From assembly GCF_006345805.1 (NCBI RefSeq), contig NC_043007.1:54870001-54934000 (forward strand): a stretch of DNA of 64,000 bases. Direction: 5' to 3'. The notes beneath the pieces were generated by a model. It did no database searches. It saw only the letters and a program-made list of their open reading frames with translations, and was not told where the DNA came from. Position 1 is the stretch's first letter. Each line of letters opens with the position of its first letter. Positions 14,001 to 29,700 of the stretch are shown here, in pieces. The stretch comes from Octopus sinensis. Lineage: Eukaryota. A program made the position numbers and the translations under genes.

Positions 14001-17000
14001 GATGGTTTGACAAGTGCAAGAAACCCTCTAATCTTCATAACATTCAAATAACAGTGGAATCTCAGAACCATTTTGCATTGTGCATTCAATTTGTCTGGTA
14101 TCTCCTCTTACTTCTGTTGTAAATTGTTGGCTCAAGCCACAGCTGTGGAATTTGGAACAGATGTAGGATGGCTAGCTCAGAAATGGGCTGAGAGGAAGCT
14201 ATTCTTGAAAGGTTAGGCAGTGATGGCACAACAATTAAATCATCCCCATTATTCTTTTACTACCTAATTGTCATGCCTTACTCCAATTATTATCCGATCA
14301 GACTGGAGTCTCAGCTCTTCAGATGGCTTCTTGTGGAAGGTCCAGCTACTGCCAGTACCCTCTGTATTGGGAGCTAGGTATGTTGTAGTAGTTGATACAC
14401 AAACACATGGTTAGGCTGCATAACTTACAGAGATTCTTGGAAGTTGAGAAGGTGTTGCTTGTGAGACACATTTTTCCACAGCTATAGTTCTGGGTCAAGC
14501 AAATACCAGGTCTGGCTGTCTGGAGTGTCATGCACTCAACACCCTTAACTAGTTGAAAATAGGATTGAGTTCTATCCCAGCAGTTTATGAAATAGTAACA
14601 GAGGAGGAAGAATGCTGCCATTGTCAGGAAAACTCTGGGTATCAATGAAAATGAACTGGCTAATCTGTCCCAAAGCATTGTCAGGCTGAAGACTACTATG
14701 TATAACTTCCTGAAGCCCATGGTCTGAAAGTGTCCCTGAGGGTTGTTACTGGTTCAAGACCAACTGCACAGACACAAAAGTGCCATTTGACAGTCTGTTG
14801 AAGATGCAAGCAGAGTGACAAAGTCATCTACCTGCACTCTTTCAGTATTCAGCCATTGTAGTTTTGTAAAGTTATGTTGAACAGTTGCTGTTGAATGTGG
14901 GATAGATCTGGCTATCAGTTGAGTCCATTGGGATGATTATCTTGCTGCCCTCCTTTAACTGGGCAGGGAAAGCAGTTTTCCTCTGTCTAGTGATTATAAT
15001 AAAGGCAGCTGTGTGATGCAAGACAGAGAGAGAGCAAGTGAGAGATTAAGAGCAAGGATAGAAACAGGTGTTCTGCTGTAAAGGAGATACATTGTTACCC
15101 AACCTGAGGGAAGAGCAGGAGAAAGAAAGAGAGAATGTGTGAGAGCAGGAGTACAGGAGAGAGAGATGACAAAATGCTGGGCAGGAGATGGAGATCAGAA
15201 TATAAATGGGATAGTTGAGAGAGAGAGAGAGATGGTAGTAAGTGCCAGGGCATATTCTTGAGGTATGGAAGTCATAATATAAGTGGCAAGGCATTGTCAA
15301 AGAAGCATGAGTAGGGGAGGGGAATGTAGTGAATGGTGAAAACTTGGGTATATAGAGAGGTGGGGGCTACTAGCTAGCAATGGTACAGTGAACAGGGCTG
15401 TGAGGGCAGGATTGAGGAGTGAGAGATAAGCATAGTGCATGAAAGAGGAGATGTTAGGAAGAGAAGAGATGTAGTTTGGTTTGTTGTAGGAGGGTGTGTG
15501 CAAAGTTTTCTTGTTACATGTGGCTGGAACACACAGCACTTCTAAAACTCAGTTTTGCTGACATGGGTGGGTCTTCTCAAGAACTTCATATCACCAATCT
15601 TGGTCCATTGTCATTTCCTCTGCGAGGCCCAACATCCCGAGATCTATCCTTATCTCTTCATCCCATGTCTTTCTGGGTCTCTCTCTTTTGTGGGCACACT
15701 CCACTTTCAGTGATCAGCACTTCTTTATACAGCTGCCCTCATTCATATGCATCACATGTCCAAACCCATGTAATCTTCTCTCTTGCATGCTGCATTTGAT
15801 TCCTCTTATGCCCAACATTTCTCTTAATACATTTGCACATTGTTGTACATGCACACTGATGTTGCACATCCAACAGAGCATACTACCCTCATTCCTTTCT
15901 AGTCTACACATGTCTTCCACATTCAGAGCCCATGTCTCACAATCATGGAGTATAGCCGTTCACAAACAAGCATCATACAATCTACCTTTCACTCTGAGAG
16001 AGAGAGAGAGTCCTTTTGTTGCCAACAGAGGTAACAGCTCTCTGAACTTCCATCCTATTCTTCTCTTAGAATACTTTCAGAGCATCCTCCACCATTACTA
16101 ATTTGGTCACGTATGTAACTGAAACTATCTACAAGAGTACCTCCTGGGTATTTGAGAGAGTCTAAGTCCCATGTGCTCTTCGTGCTTATTGTTCCTGCAC
16201 ATCTTCCTCATACAAAGACGACTTTATCTGTTAATCTACTTGTGATTCCACTGCATCTCTTATGTGTCCATAGTTTACACTGGGTGCAGTGAATGGAATT
16301 ACTTCCAACTCCTTTTCTACATATTGAGCAGGGCCATTTACCCGATGGGAAGAGAGTCTTATCTTCTTTCTTGCTAGCAACAACTTTGGTCTTTGCTAGG
16401 TTAACTTTAAGGCTGTTTGATTCCAGGTTTTGCTTCTATACCTGGAATTTCTTCTCCAATTCTGTTACTGATTCTGCAATAAGAGCAAGGTCATCAACAT
16501 AAAGTTGTTTCCATGAGCATCCAGTTTTGAATTCCTCTGTTTATGACCTAGAAAACTATAATGAATGAGGGGGCTGAGAACTGAACCTTATTGAACTCCT
16601 ACTTGTATGCTAGGTTCATCACTGTGTGGCTGACTCTCACCTTACTGACAACCCCACTGTACATGGCTTGTACAGCTCTAACAAGCCACTCCTCTACTTA
16701 GAGACCACCAGATAACAGAGTGGGGGACTCTGTTGAAAGTCTTACTTTTGGCCAAATAGTTTTCCTGCAGCTGTCTCACTAAGAAGATGGCATATGTGGT
16801 ACTTCTCCCAGGTCCAAAACCAAACTGCATCTCATCTAGTTTAATTCTATTTCCTAATCAATTGAGCTATAACCTTCTTAGTAACTTTCATGATCTGATC
16901 TAACAGTTTCATACTTCTGTAGTTATTTCTATTTAGGGTATCACCTTTACCCATGTAGTAGCTAACTATAATACTACTACACCAGTTATTGGGGATAGCG

Positions 17001-20000
17001 TCTCCCTGAATAACCTGATTAACTATATGGATGACTAGGCTGTGTCCTACACCATCGGATATTTTAGTCATCTCAGCAGTGATTCCTGATGGCCTAGGGG
17101 CTTTCCCTGACTTCATATCCTTAATTGTCTTATCTATTATGCTGCTATCAACTCTGATGGCTGGTCCCTCAATTGGTTTGATATTTGAAAGACTCTCCTA
17201 TTCATTTTCCACATTTGGTAACCTTTCATAGTGGCACTTCCACGAATCTTTTTTCTCTGAGTCACTAAGTGTATCATCATTTTTCATTAAACTTGTATAT
17301 TTTCTGGGGTTTTTTTTTTTTAACCTCATTCAGCTTTCTATGTAAACTTTATAATATTAGTCTTTGCAATTTTCTTCCCTATGTGTCACCCTGGTGACAA
17401 ATAAAAAATTGGTAGAATTGTTATGGCATTAGAAAAAATACTTTATGATATTTGTTCCAGTTCTGAGTTCAAATCTCTCTGAGGTCAGTTTTGTCCTTCA
17501 TCCATCCAGGCTTGATAAAATAAAGTATTGATTAATTACTAGGGTTGATGTATTGACTAACTCCATCTCCTCAAAATAGCTGATCTTGTGACTAAATCAG
17601 AAACAGTTTTAGAGCAAAGAATTACCAGAATTGTTAGAGCATTGCAGTATTTGTTCTGACTCCTTATGTTTTGATTTCAAATCCTACCAAAGTCAACTTT
17701 ACCTTTCATTCATTTAAGGTTGATATAAGTACCAGTCAAAAACTGGGGTTTGATGGTAATGAGTAATCCTTTTCCCTCAAAGTTGTTGGCCTTGTGCCTC
17801 AATTAGAAACCATTTTTATGTTCAGATATTTTGTACAGTGTGTGAATGATTATGATGTCCAATTTTTATCCCATCTTTCCTCCTCTCTTCCCTTTCTTTC
17901 CCTCATTATAAACTGCCATTGTAATTTCATTGGATGAAATGCTTTGCAGTGTTTGTTTTGACTCTTCACATTCTGAGTTCAAATCCTGCCAAGGTCAACT
18001 TTTTATCCTTTTGGACTGGGTTAGAGGAAGGGAGCTGATAAAATAAAGTAGCAGTCCACTACTGCTAACAATGGTATTGACTAAACCTCTCTCCTCAAAA
18101 GTGCTAGCTTTGTGCCTAAATCAAAAACCATTATTATTGTTAATGTTGTAACTGAAGGTGTGATGCTGAATTCTTAAGGACTGTGTCCTCTTCCTGCTAG
18201 GGTATATATTTTACTTTCTAACCTTTGAAAATTGATAAAATTGCACTAGTAAAGTACTTGTCTCAATGTGAAAAAATTTTTCTACTTTAGGCACAAGGCC
18301 TGAAATTTTGGGGGCGGGGGCCAGTCAATTAGATTGACCCCAGTACGCAACTGGTACTTAATTTATTGACCCTGAAAGGATGAAAGGCAAAGTCGACCTT
18401 GGCGAAATTTGAACTCAGAATGTTTCTACCAGCTTGCCACCTTCTCAATGTGAAAAATCATCATTATTATTGTTATTATGATAATAATATTATTTCAATA
18501 CATCCTTCCAATTAAGTAACTGTCTTTTAATAGGAGTTGATTTTTTTCCCCTATTTTTTAGATTTTGACAAATTGATGAATGCTTTAGAAAAAGCTGCTG
18601 AACTGTTTCAAAATCTCTCAACACAGAAGACTAAGGTTTGCATTAATCTAACTTTCAGACCTTAAATTTTATTTTTCTTCAATCTGACTTTTATTAGCTT
18701 TATATCTTAATTATCATCATATTAGTGATATAATGAAAACCACAAATGACTGAGTATTGTGTCTGTGGCCAATGCACTTCCCTTTTAGATGGTTCTGATT
18801 ACTTGTGTAAATATAGGCACTATGAACTGTATAGCTTTGCTCTAAGCATTGCAGCACTGTATAATCGATGAGACTTTTATAGGCTTATACTACTTAGCTG
18901 AAATCCTTTTGGAATGATGCAAGTTTAATTTGATTCATTTTATACGGTCAATAATGATGAAGTCTTTAAGTGGTACCTTTCTCAATCAGTGGAATATATA
19001 GTAGAGTCTAAACTATCATTCAGAGAGATTATTGATTTTATTTTCAAAGTTAGTATGGAGATTGTGTGAAGATGTGGTGAGGGTGTTGGATTGTGGATTT
19101 GATTCTTAGACTTATGGTGAACAGTGTCCTTGAGCAAGGCACTTCATTTCACATTGCTCCAGTTCACTCAGCTGAAAAATGAGTATCGGTGGTAGTTGGA
19201 AAATTAACTCTGCTGTTGTCTGGTACCTTGTTCAGGATGGAGTCTTGTACCTTGGTCACCTAAATACCTTGAAGACTTGGAAAAGCTCTTCTCATGAGCC
19301 TGTAGAATTCTATGGCAATAGTATGTGATTGAATAAGTTATGGGATTTATGTAGAGTTTCTTAAATTTATAGCCAAACAGATTTTGGAGATAGCTTTTTG
19401 TACAAAAAATTGTTCCATTTAAGAAAAAAACAAACAAACAAAAACAAGCTATCTTCCTAAACAGTTGTTGAATATTGTAATTCAAGATGAAATTTCCATT
19501 TGAAATATTTCTTTTTACCTTCATTGCTTATCTGTCATTTGTTACTTGTCACATATATTTGAACTTTATTGTTTATATCTTATCAATTCTTGCTTGTGTT
19601 ATAGCTCTTGTGTGTTCCAAATCACTGTCACTTGTGTGATATCTCCATTGTCACTTCTCTCTGTCACTTCTTATTTCAGGGATATATAATACAGAAGCGA
19701 GACATGAGACCTGCGACTAAAGGAGAGGAGACAAAAGAGCTTTTAACGTAAGTTACCCTTTGTGAATAAATAACCTGTGGTATTGTATCTGAATATTCAG
19801 TATTGTTCACTGTATGACACTTTACTATTGTCCAGGACTGACCAAAGCCTTGTAAGTGGATTTGACAGATGGTAACAGAAAGAAGCCAATTGTGTCTGTC
19901 ATGCACTTTGCTTGTCTTTCCCTGCCACTCCTTCAGCCCAAAGCCACTCTGTCATCTCACTCTCCTGTCCTCCCCCGCCAACTGTATCATTTCTATTCTG

Positions 20001-20444
20001 TCGCTCCCCAATATACCTGTGTTTCACCACTCATTTGCATTCCTCTTTCCTTCCTCTCTCCCCCGTTGCACTCTCACAAACTCTGCTCATGCAATTCTTT
20101 ACCACTCCATTTACATTCACCTTATACCATGAGGGTATGCCCTGATATATTGCAACCATCTCTCTCTCTCTCATCACCTGGTACAAAGCAACCTCACTCA
20201 ATACCACTTCTATTAGTTGAGAGATCTTTGTCTTGCAGGTTACTTGGTTACCTTGCTGGTGCTCGTAAAAAGCAACCACTACACTCTGTAAAGTGGTTGG
20301 TGTTGGGAAGGGCATCCGGCCATAGAGACCATACCAAAGCAGACAGTAGAACTTGGCATAGTCCTATGGCTTGCCAGCATTTGTCAAACTGTCCAACCCA
20401 TGCCAGCATGGGAAATGGATGTTAAATGATGATGATATGATATG

Positions 20445-20503
<59 letters not shown>

Positions 20504-21495
20504 GTGTGGTGTGGGTGTGTGGTAAGAAGTTTGCATTCCAATCACATGGTCTCAAGTTCAGCCTCAATGCGTGGCACCTTGGGCAAGTGTCTTCAACTAT
20601 AGTCTCAAGTTGACCAAGCCTTGTGAGTGGATTTGGTAGATGGAAGTTGAAAAAAAACTCGTGTTGTATATATATGTGTGTGTGTCTGCCTCTTCCCACT
20701 ACTACTTGACAACTGTTGTTGGTGTGTTTATGTCCCCATAACTTAATGGGTTGGCAAAAGTCATTGATAGAATAAGTACCAGGCTTAAAAAGAAATAAGT
20801 ATTGGGGCTGATTATGTTGACTGAAATTCTTTAAGGTGGTACCCCAACATGGCCACAGTCTAATGACAAATAAATAAAAGACAATGTGTGTATGTGTGTG
20901 CGTATGTATGTACATGTGTGTGTGTACATGTATGTCGAGTGTATGTGCGTATGTGTTTGTATGTAAATGTGTGTGTGTGTATATATGTGTGTATGTTTTA
21001 TTTTGCTTTGTCTTGACATTGCATAATATTTGTAAATGAGTGTCACTGTCATACAAGTAGTATCATTAATTCCAATATTTTGTGAAAACATGTTTAGTCA
21101 TGAGCAAATATTACTTTGCTTGGAAACAGGTGAGTGTTGGTGACAGGAAAGGCATCCAGTTGTTGAAAATCTGCCTGAATAAGCTTTGTCTGATTCATGC
21201 AAGCATGGAAAAGTGAATGTTAAAATGATGATGAAGATGGTGATCAATGTCTGTCAGAATTGTATTCACATTGTTTTGAAAGGGAATGTGTTAGAACTGA
21301 AGGTGAGTTTTTAGATAATTCAAGGGTTTATTCAAGAATATAAACATTGTTTATATCCTAGAAAAAGTATGAACTTCTACTACTTTCTATATTTAAAAAT
21401 AAGACATCATCTCTTCTTAGATTAAGCTATATTTGATGTCAATGTCACTTTGCCATTCAGCCACCTATGTATTGTTCTGTGTATGATTCTAGGTG

Positions 21496-21559
<64 letters not shown>

Positions 21560-22398
21560 AGATGAATATGGTACATAAGTTGAGGCACCAGAATTAGTAC
21601 GGTATTATCCATACAATTTCAAAATAAGATGATTAGAATCAAAATAAACAACAAGGATATCCAAAGGTAATGCAGTACAATCATTTCATGCAACTCCATT
21701 TAATTGAACAATGCAATCATTACATCAATTTAAAATGCAGAGCAATCCTCAGCTGCACAAAGACATAGAATTTAATTTAAATTAGAACAGATGGACATAT
21801 TAGTATAATTATACCTAAAATCTCCAAGAAATTAAGGAGATAGACAAGAACATGCTGCTTTCACTTCAGCTTAGAAGCTACTACTTCTTGAAGGTATAAT
21901 TATACTAATATGTTTATCTATTCTAATTTAAATTAAATTCTATGTCTTTGTGCAGCTGAGGATTGCTCTGCATTTTAAATTGATGTAATGATTGCATTGT
22001 TCAATTGAATGGAGTTGCATGAAACGATTGTACTGCATTACCTCTGGATATCCATGTTGCTTATTTTGATGTATATATATATATTCATATATGCATCATA
22101 AAACACATACCCTCATGCTGAGCTCCCTCAATACACAAATATATGAGCATTACACATACCCAGCACATTACATAATATAAACAAACTTATCATTCAGCAA
22201 CCCAAAACCTTGTGAATTTGACATTGAAATAAGTATAAGAATATGTAATACACATGAAATAAACATGTAAAACATATGTGCAAGATGTGTAAAATCCCAC
22301 AAATTATGCGTATTTATAAAAAAATGTATTGACCACATGAAACTAAACAATCATGTGCACAGGTCCAAAATATACACATGGAAATTTTGTGGCATTTA

Positions 22399-22430
<32 letters not shown>

Positions 22431-24481
22431 TGCAAGAATGTGTATGTATCTACAGTAATGTGTGTTGTGTTCTGTGTGTAAGTATGCATGTACATATATG
22501 TGGATGTATGTGGACGCACAGAAAACCATGTAATACAAAGACTGAAACAAAAAAGTATGTACACTAATCCACAAATATGCACACAAAATGCACATGAATT
22601 AATAACATGAAATTACAAAAGCTGCAAAGTTTTGGCACCAAAACTCAAAGTAAACTCTTGGCAGTCAGGTGCACATACAAATTAATATAAGCTTTTATGT
22701 GCAAAAGTTTAAGATAAAAATACATGTATACACATACATGCTAAAATACATGTATACACATGTATACATACACATGTATACACATAAAAATACATGTATA
22801 CACATACATGCTAAAACATTGACACTTCATTTTCTCCAAATGTCAAATCTAAGGAGGATAATTGTCTAAGAGTTGTTCTCCAAGTGTCGTTTCCCTTTAT
22901 TTCTTGTTTTTGCTTACCAAAATTTCTTGCAAGACTTCCTGTGACTTTAATCCAAAATGGAAATGAAAAGCAATTTTTCTATGTGATTGGCTTGAAAAAT
23001 TGAGATTTTTCTTAACATGAAACCAATGGTAGCCTTGATACATAGCTAAAGAATCTGAATCTACCAATGCAGTCATTCTCATTGTTCAAAAACTCTTATT
23101 TCTAGCAATACTGGTGCTCCTTGGTCACTTTCAGTGACAGTGAATTATTTCCGTTTTTGGTTTTAAATTGCGTCTAGCCACTTAATTTATATATATATAT
23201 ATATATAATAAAATCATCTCCTCATCATCCACTTTTCCATGCTTGCATGTGTTGGGCAGAATTTTGTTGAGGGGAACAGTCAACGGCATTTGAGAACATA
23301 AAAATTAGAGTTACCAGTATCATGATGATTTGCACTGGGTATCAAAACACTGACATGATGACAACTGCTTAGTGTTTGTGAAATTTGTAAAGGCTGTAAG
23401 ACATCACATGGACAGCTACAATGAAAACTCCAATGCTGTAGCCAGCAGGAAGGAACACAGCAGGCATTCTGACTGCACTTGCATGCTAGTATTCATGTGA
23501 CTACTTCTGGATATGGTGATGGAAGATCTGAGCAAGGGGACCTGGGCTTTGGTGAAAGAGATGAGTGTTGGAGTCGCCACCTGAATGAAGATCTTCATTA
23601 CTACTTGTTAGGGACAAATTCTGACAGTGAAGACCAAGAGAACCACTTGATGAAAGCAAAAAAGCTCCTGAACAAGCTGAGGCATCCTGTTGAGCTGAGG
23701 ATGATCTGGTTCTTCTCAGAAGAAAATAACTTCTTCCTGGACTAGTTGCACAACACCCAGATCAACAGGGGGCTTGCCTATAATCCATATGATGTCCCAT
23801 ATATGAAAATCAGATTCCCCCAATCTGTGATGGTCTTTGGGTGTGTCTCCAATGAGGGTGACATCATACTTCCTTGCTATACATTTGGAAAGAGTCAGAA
23901 ATGGTTGTTGGAGAATTTCAACAACTTCACCAACCTCAACTTCTCACTTTCTGGACTCCCTAAGTTGTAATTCATGGATTACAGTGTATGGAGTGTGGTT
24001 GAGGAAAACCAGTTACACTGCCTGCAGCACGAAGGCCAAGCTGGTGGGCAAGATCAAGGTATAAGGAATGTGTGTGCCAGGTTCTGGAGATGTCTGAAGG
24101 CTGTGGTGGGTACTCTGAGTAAACTGTTACCCCCAGCCATAATCTAGTTGATATTTTATGATTTTTTTAAAGTACATGCATGGATGTGATATGCAAACTG
24201 TTAAATTTAGCCTGAACATCCTGTATATATGCACCTTTCTTAGTTTATGTGTAGGCATATCATCACTATTATGATTTTAATGTCCATTTTTCCATATTTG
24301 CATGAGTCAGACAATCCTTTGAGGCAAATTTTCTACAGCCAGATGCCCTTTCTGTTGCCAATTCTCACCAAGCAAGAAATGTCTCCTTTGCTGGGCAGGT
24401 TTCAAAATAAGATTGGAAACAAATGGCATCACTTGTATGACATTGCTGCTTATTTGCAACTGTTGCATAATCTGAAAACAA

Positions 24482-24517
<36 letters not shown>

Positions 24518-26707
24518 ATGAAATACAGTTAGACAAAATATTGGAAGCACCTTCTTAAATGGAAGTTTTATTACCTAATATGGAGTTGGTCAAACTTTGG
24601 CATCACTTACAGTTTTGATATGTCAAGGAATTGACTTGTCCAGGTTCTGAGCAGATGTTTGGGGAATTTTGAGCCATTCTTCAAGTAAAACTTGCTTTAG
24701 CTCTTTCAGCAGTGAGGGTGGAGCAAAGTGACTCCTCACTTGCTGCTTGAAAATGCACCGTAAATATTCAATTATATTGATATCTAGTGATTGTGGTGGT
24801 GTTTGTAGGGTCAATCCAGGTGGTTTACTTAAATTTTGTGCTCTTTGTTCCAATTTTGAATCACATTTGCCATGTGAATTGATACATTATCATCCTGGAA
24901 GATTGTGCTATATGAAGTAACAATGTTTGTACCATAGAATGAACATGATCAGCCAAAATACTCAGATCATCCTTGGTGTTAACTTTGCTATGTGAAACAA
25001 CTAAAGGGCCAAGAGAATTTCATGGTATAGCTGCACAAATCATCAAAGAGCCACCTTCATGCTTCGCAATTGGGGACCAAGCAGTCAAGGTTGAAGGCTT
25101 GTTTCCAGACTCATTCTGAATTGAGGAAAAGGGTGAATGATGATTCATTAGAAATGACATTGTTTCATGAGCCATTGACCACTTCTGGTAATCTAGACAC
25201 AATTTTGTTTGCTTATCAATGTTGATAGGAAAAAACAGAAGTTCAGAAATTGCAACCCTCCCATGGTATCCAGCTTTAGGGAGCTCATGATAAATGGTTT
25301 TAGTTGACACAAGATTGACAAGGTAGTGGTTTAGCTCTACTGTCAATTTTGCTGCCATAGTTTTATTTAAATTTATATTTCTATATATTGAGTTTAAATT
25401 AATTTTACACCTTTTTATAGCAACATTATAATGGGAAATGCCATCAATACATGACAATACCTACTCTAAACATCTGTTTGATACTCTGTAGTTGAGATTG
25501 TTAAATGAAGCAATATCACAGGAAAATAATAGTAGTAGTAATAAAGATAATATTAATAAAGAATTTTTAAAATGTAAAGAAAATGATACTGGTGATGAAA
25601 ACAGTAGTAAACTAATGATGAAGGTAGTTGTGGGTATTTTTTCTTAATTCTCTTAATTCTCCTGTCTGTATTTAACTAACTGTAAAGCATTGGTACCAGA
25701 TGCTCCAGGAATTTTACCCATGATAGATTTGTGTCATATTCAAGAGGGCTGTTCAGGGTTTTATGTCTTGTCTGCCATTTTTACATTAGTTTCATAATAT
25801 ATGGTTATCTAACAGTTAAAAAATTTTTTGTATTCTTCAGATATGATGAATTCCATCCATATCTTTTCTGTCAGTATGAAAAACGGCCTTATTTAGAAAT
25901 GGACAGTTTTGATAAGGTATTGAAATATTATACATTAAAAATAACATGTATTCAATTGTTTTTAAATTTCTTTTTTGATGTAATTATATTTAATGTACAT
26001 TTAAATGAAGCAAATAAAATTTATATGTCTTAATAAAGATAAGGTTATAAAATATTTTTTACAAAGTTGGATATATTTATGCAGGAAAATATATGTCAGA
26101 AGTGTATATAATTAATAACTATATAAAAGATTTCTATAATATATCAGGACGTTAAGACCTGTTGGATCATATGTATGTCAATGAGCCAGTTCTCATAGCT
26201 AAAGCTGTTGAAGAATTACAGAAATTACAACCATGAAAGCAAAACCTAGAATTGAGAGGCCTTAAAGTAAACCTATCTGATATAAGTTTTTAATATCATC
26301 ATCATTTAATATCTACCTTCCTTGCTGGCATTGATTGGACGGTTTGACAGGAGCTGGCCAGGCAGAAGACTGCACCAGACTTCTGTGTCTGTACTTTTTA
26401 CGAGGCACCAGCATAAGTGAGGTCAGTTTTGGCATGTTTTTTACAGCTGGATGCCCTTCCAAATGCCAAATACTTTACAGTGTGGACTGGATGTTTTTTA
26501 TGTAGCATCAGTACTGGCAGGGTTACCAAGTAAGGAATCTTTGAGAGGAGAGGGGGCATTGGAAGATGTATCAGAAGATTAAAGGTTAGATTGAGACAAG
26601 GAGACAGAAACAGGTGTCTTGCTTTAGAAAAGTTAGATTGTGACAGAGAGAGACAGAAAAATAGAAATAGATGACTTGCTGTAGAGGAGGTACATGGTTA
26701 CTCAGTC

Positions 26708-26763
<56 letters not shown>

Positions 26764-29700
26764 ATGTGAGATCATGATCAAGAATGAGGACAGAAACAGG
26801 TGTGCTGCTGTAATGGAGATGCATGGTTACCCAGCCAGAGGGAAGGACAAGAGAAAGAGAGAGAGTGTAAGATAACAAGAGTGTAAATGAGAGTAGGAGA
26901 GAGATGGTGGCAAAATGTCAAGGCATACCCACAAGGAATGGGGATCAGAACATAGATGGAATGATAGAGTAAAAGAAGAGAGTGGTAGATGGTGGCAAGT
27001 GCCAGAGCATACACTCAAGGTATGGAGGTCATAATATAAGTGGAAGATATATTGGCAAAAAGTGTGAGTAGGGAGTGGGGGTGGGTAATGCAGTGACTGG
27101 TGAGAATCTGAGTATGTAGAGTGAGTGGAGATAGTAATGATAGTGAGCAGGGCAGTGAGGACAGGATTGGGGAGTGGGAGATAATTATAGTGTATGAAAG
27201 GAAATGTGAGGAAGAGAAGAGATGCAGTTTGGGGGAAGAGATGTAGTTTAGTTTGTTGGAGTAGGGTGTGTGAAAAGTTTTGTTATGTGTGGGTGGAAAT
27301 CACAGTGCTTCTAGTATCCAGTTTCACTGACATGGATGAGTCTTTGCTAGAACTTCATATTGCCAGACATCTCTGTCCATTGTCATTTTCCCTGTGATCC
27401 CCAACATCCTGAGATTGGCCCTCACCACTTCACCCCATGTCTTCCTGGGTCTCCCTCTTCCACAGGTACCATCCACTTTAAGTGACTGGCACTTCTTCAT
27501 ACTGCTGTCCTCATTCATATGCATCACATGTCCAAACCAACATAGTCTTCTCTCTTGCATGCTGCATTTGATTCCTCTTATAGCCAACTTTTCTCTCAAC
27601 TCATTTGTGCTTTGTTGTTCATGCACACTGATGTTACACATCCAGTGGAGCATAAAAAGAATATAAGACTCATCTGCTATTTGCAAAGTGGTTATGCAGA
27701 AAATGCAGAAACAGATTACGCATATGGTAAACTATAGTGCACAAAAGATGTAATAGAATCATAGGCAGGCCGACAGAGAAGAATTTTTTATGTAGCAGAT
27801 ATACTGAAATAGTTACCAGAAAGGGCAATTATTAAATGAATTTCTTCAAATATCTGGAAGTTTCTTTAGAAGTAGCTGACTGCTTCTGTTAACATATGTG
27901 ACCGAATTGACAATGAAAGTGAGTTTCTGTAGCCAGAGGAAGAACAGTGTGGAAAACTTTTATAGAACTGTTAACTCTGTTGGCAACAAAAGGACTTCCC
28001 TTTGTGTGAAGGGCAGACTGAATGGTGCTTGTGTGATATTGTGTGGCATCATTGCATAGGTATTGAATACAGAGCCTGTGAGTGAGCTGGAAAAAATTAG
28101 GTGAGCACATTCTACTGGATGTATAATGGTAGTATGAATAAATTTTGGAGCACAAATGATCTGAGAGAAAAACCGGGTATAGGGAGAAATGACTGTAGAG
28201 TGTAAGAGAAGAGACTGCACAGGTATGGATATGTGATGCATATAGAGAATGGCAGGTAAGTGCTAAGGGATCTGAGTGGAAGAAGAGAACATAGAGAGAA
28301 ATGGTGAAAGCAGTCTTAGGATGCTGAACTTCACAGTGGGGATGACAAGGGACCGCAACAAGATGCTGTGCTGCAGAAGAGCAATATAACTTATGCAAGC
28401 AAGGAAAAAACTGACAAAATGTTTAAATAATCTATCTAAAAGGTTTATATAATTTACATAAAAGATTAACATCAACTCTGTAAAAGATTTAATGCATGTA
28501 AAAAAATTCTAACATGCAATTTTCATATTTTGTTTTTCTCTTACAAAATAATTTCTTTGTTTATTTTTGTTAAGTTAGTGTTTTGTTTCTTTTCTTTTTT
28601 TATAGGCTGTTGATGAATTTTTTTCTAAATTAGAAACCCAAAAGTTAGATATGAAGATATTACAGCAGGTAATTCATATTTCAAACCAGAGGATTTTTTC
28701 ATGAATCTTACAAATGATTTTCCAAAATTATTAATTTTTTAATTGTTAATATTAGATCAAAAAGTTTATTGATTTTGAATTAGGTTTCCTACCATATTAT
28801 AATATCATTTTCCTTATTTTGTAATATCTTGACCAAATCATGAATTAAACTTTAATTTATTGCTTCAGGAAAAAATTGCAGTGAAAAAATTGGAAAATGT
28901 GAAAAAGGATCACGAAAAAAGGATGCAAGAATTACAAAAAGTCCAGGTATATATTTTGTTCTAAATTGTCTCGTCTTCAATTTAGCAGAAAACCACTGTC
29001 TTAGAAATTGCAGGCAATATGAGGAATGGATTAGGAATGTACTACTGATGCATATTGTGTGTTAAAATACTATGAGTTGATGGTGAAGAGTTGCTATTAC
29101 AAACTGAGGGAAACATAGAGAGAAGTTGTTTGAACAGAGTATGACAGGAGTTAGAGTGAATTGTGTAAATTCAATTAATGAGAAATGAAGAAACAAGTGT
29201 TAAAATGATGAGGATGATAATTACAATGATTATAGTGTTTTCTAGCTTTCACATGCAAGAAACTCAGCTGCTGTTTGGAACTATGCAAATAAGTGCTGGC
29301 TTAAGGTATATCAACGATACTGGGTGTGGGTAGATACTTTATTTGATTTGCAGACATCCAAAGTTACAGATTTAAATTATTAAATGAATGGAATAATAGC
29401 TTATTTGCCAATTATTGTTAATTTTTTTGTGTCAGAGGGTCAATTAATGAAGGAGTTTAGAAATTATATCTATGTGGTGTTGCACACTCATTTTCATCAT
29501 TTGACATTTATGTACACACACTCACACACACACACACATAAAGTAAAGATTATTTGCCAACATAATGTAGCAGTCCCGGATGGGACGAATGTTACTGTTG
29601 TTTAGCCCCAGGAAATGTTGTTTCCAGCTGACTATACAACACAATATCTGTATCCTTATATTATCGAACAGGGGCTAAACAACAGTAACATTCATCCCAT

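Noticed and set aside
14200-14960. Possible degenerate LINE coding fragment
   Set aside because: Composition is suggestive, but I could not read any diagnostic motif.
20364-21056. 230 aa ORF and similar [12 protein letters not shown] ORFs (22314-22869, 47445-48301, 49079-49558)
   Set aside because: Translations of microsatellites and SINEs, not genes.
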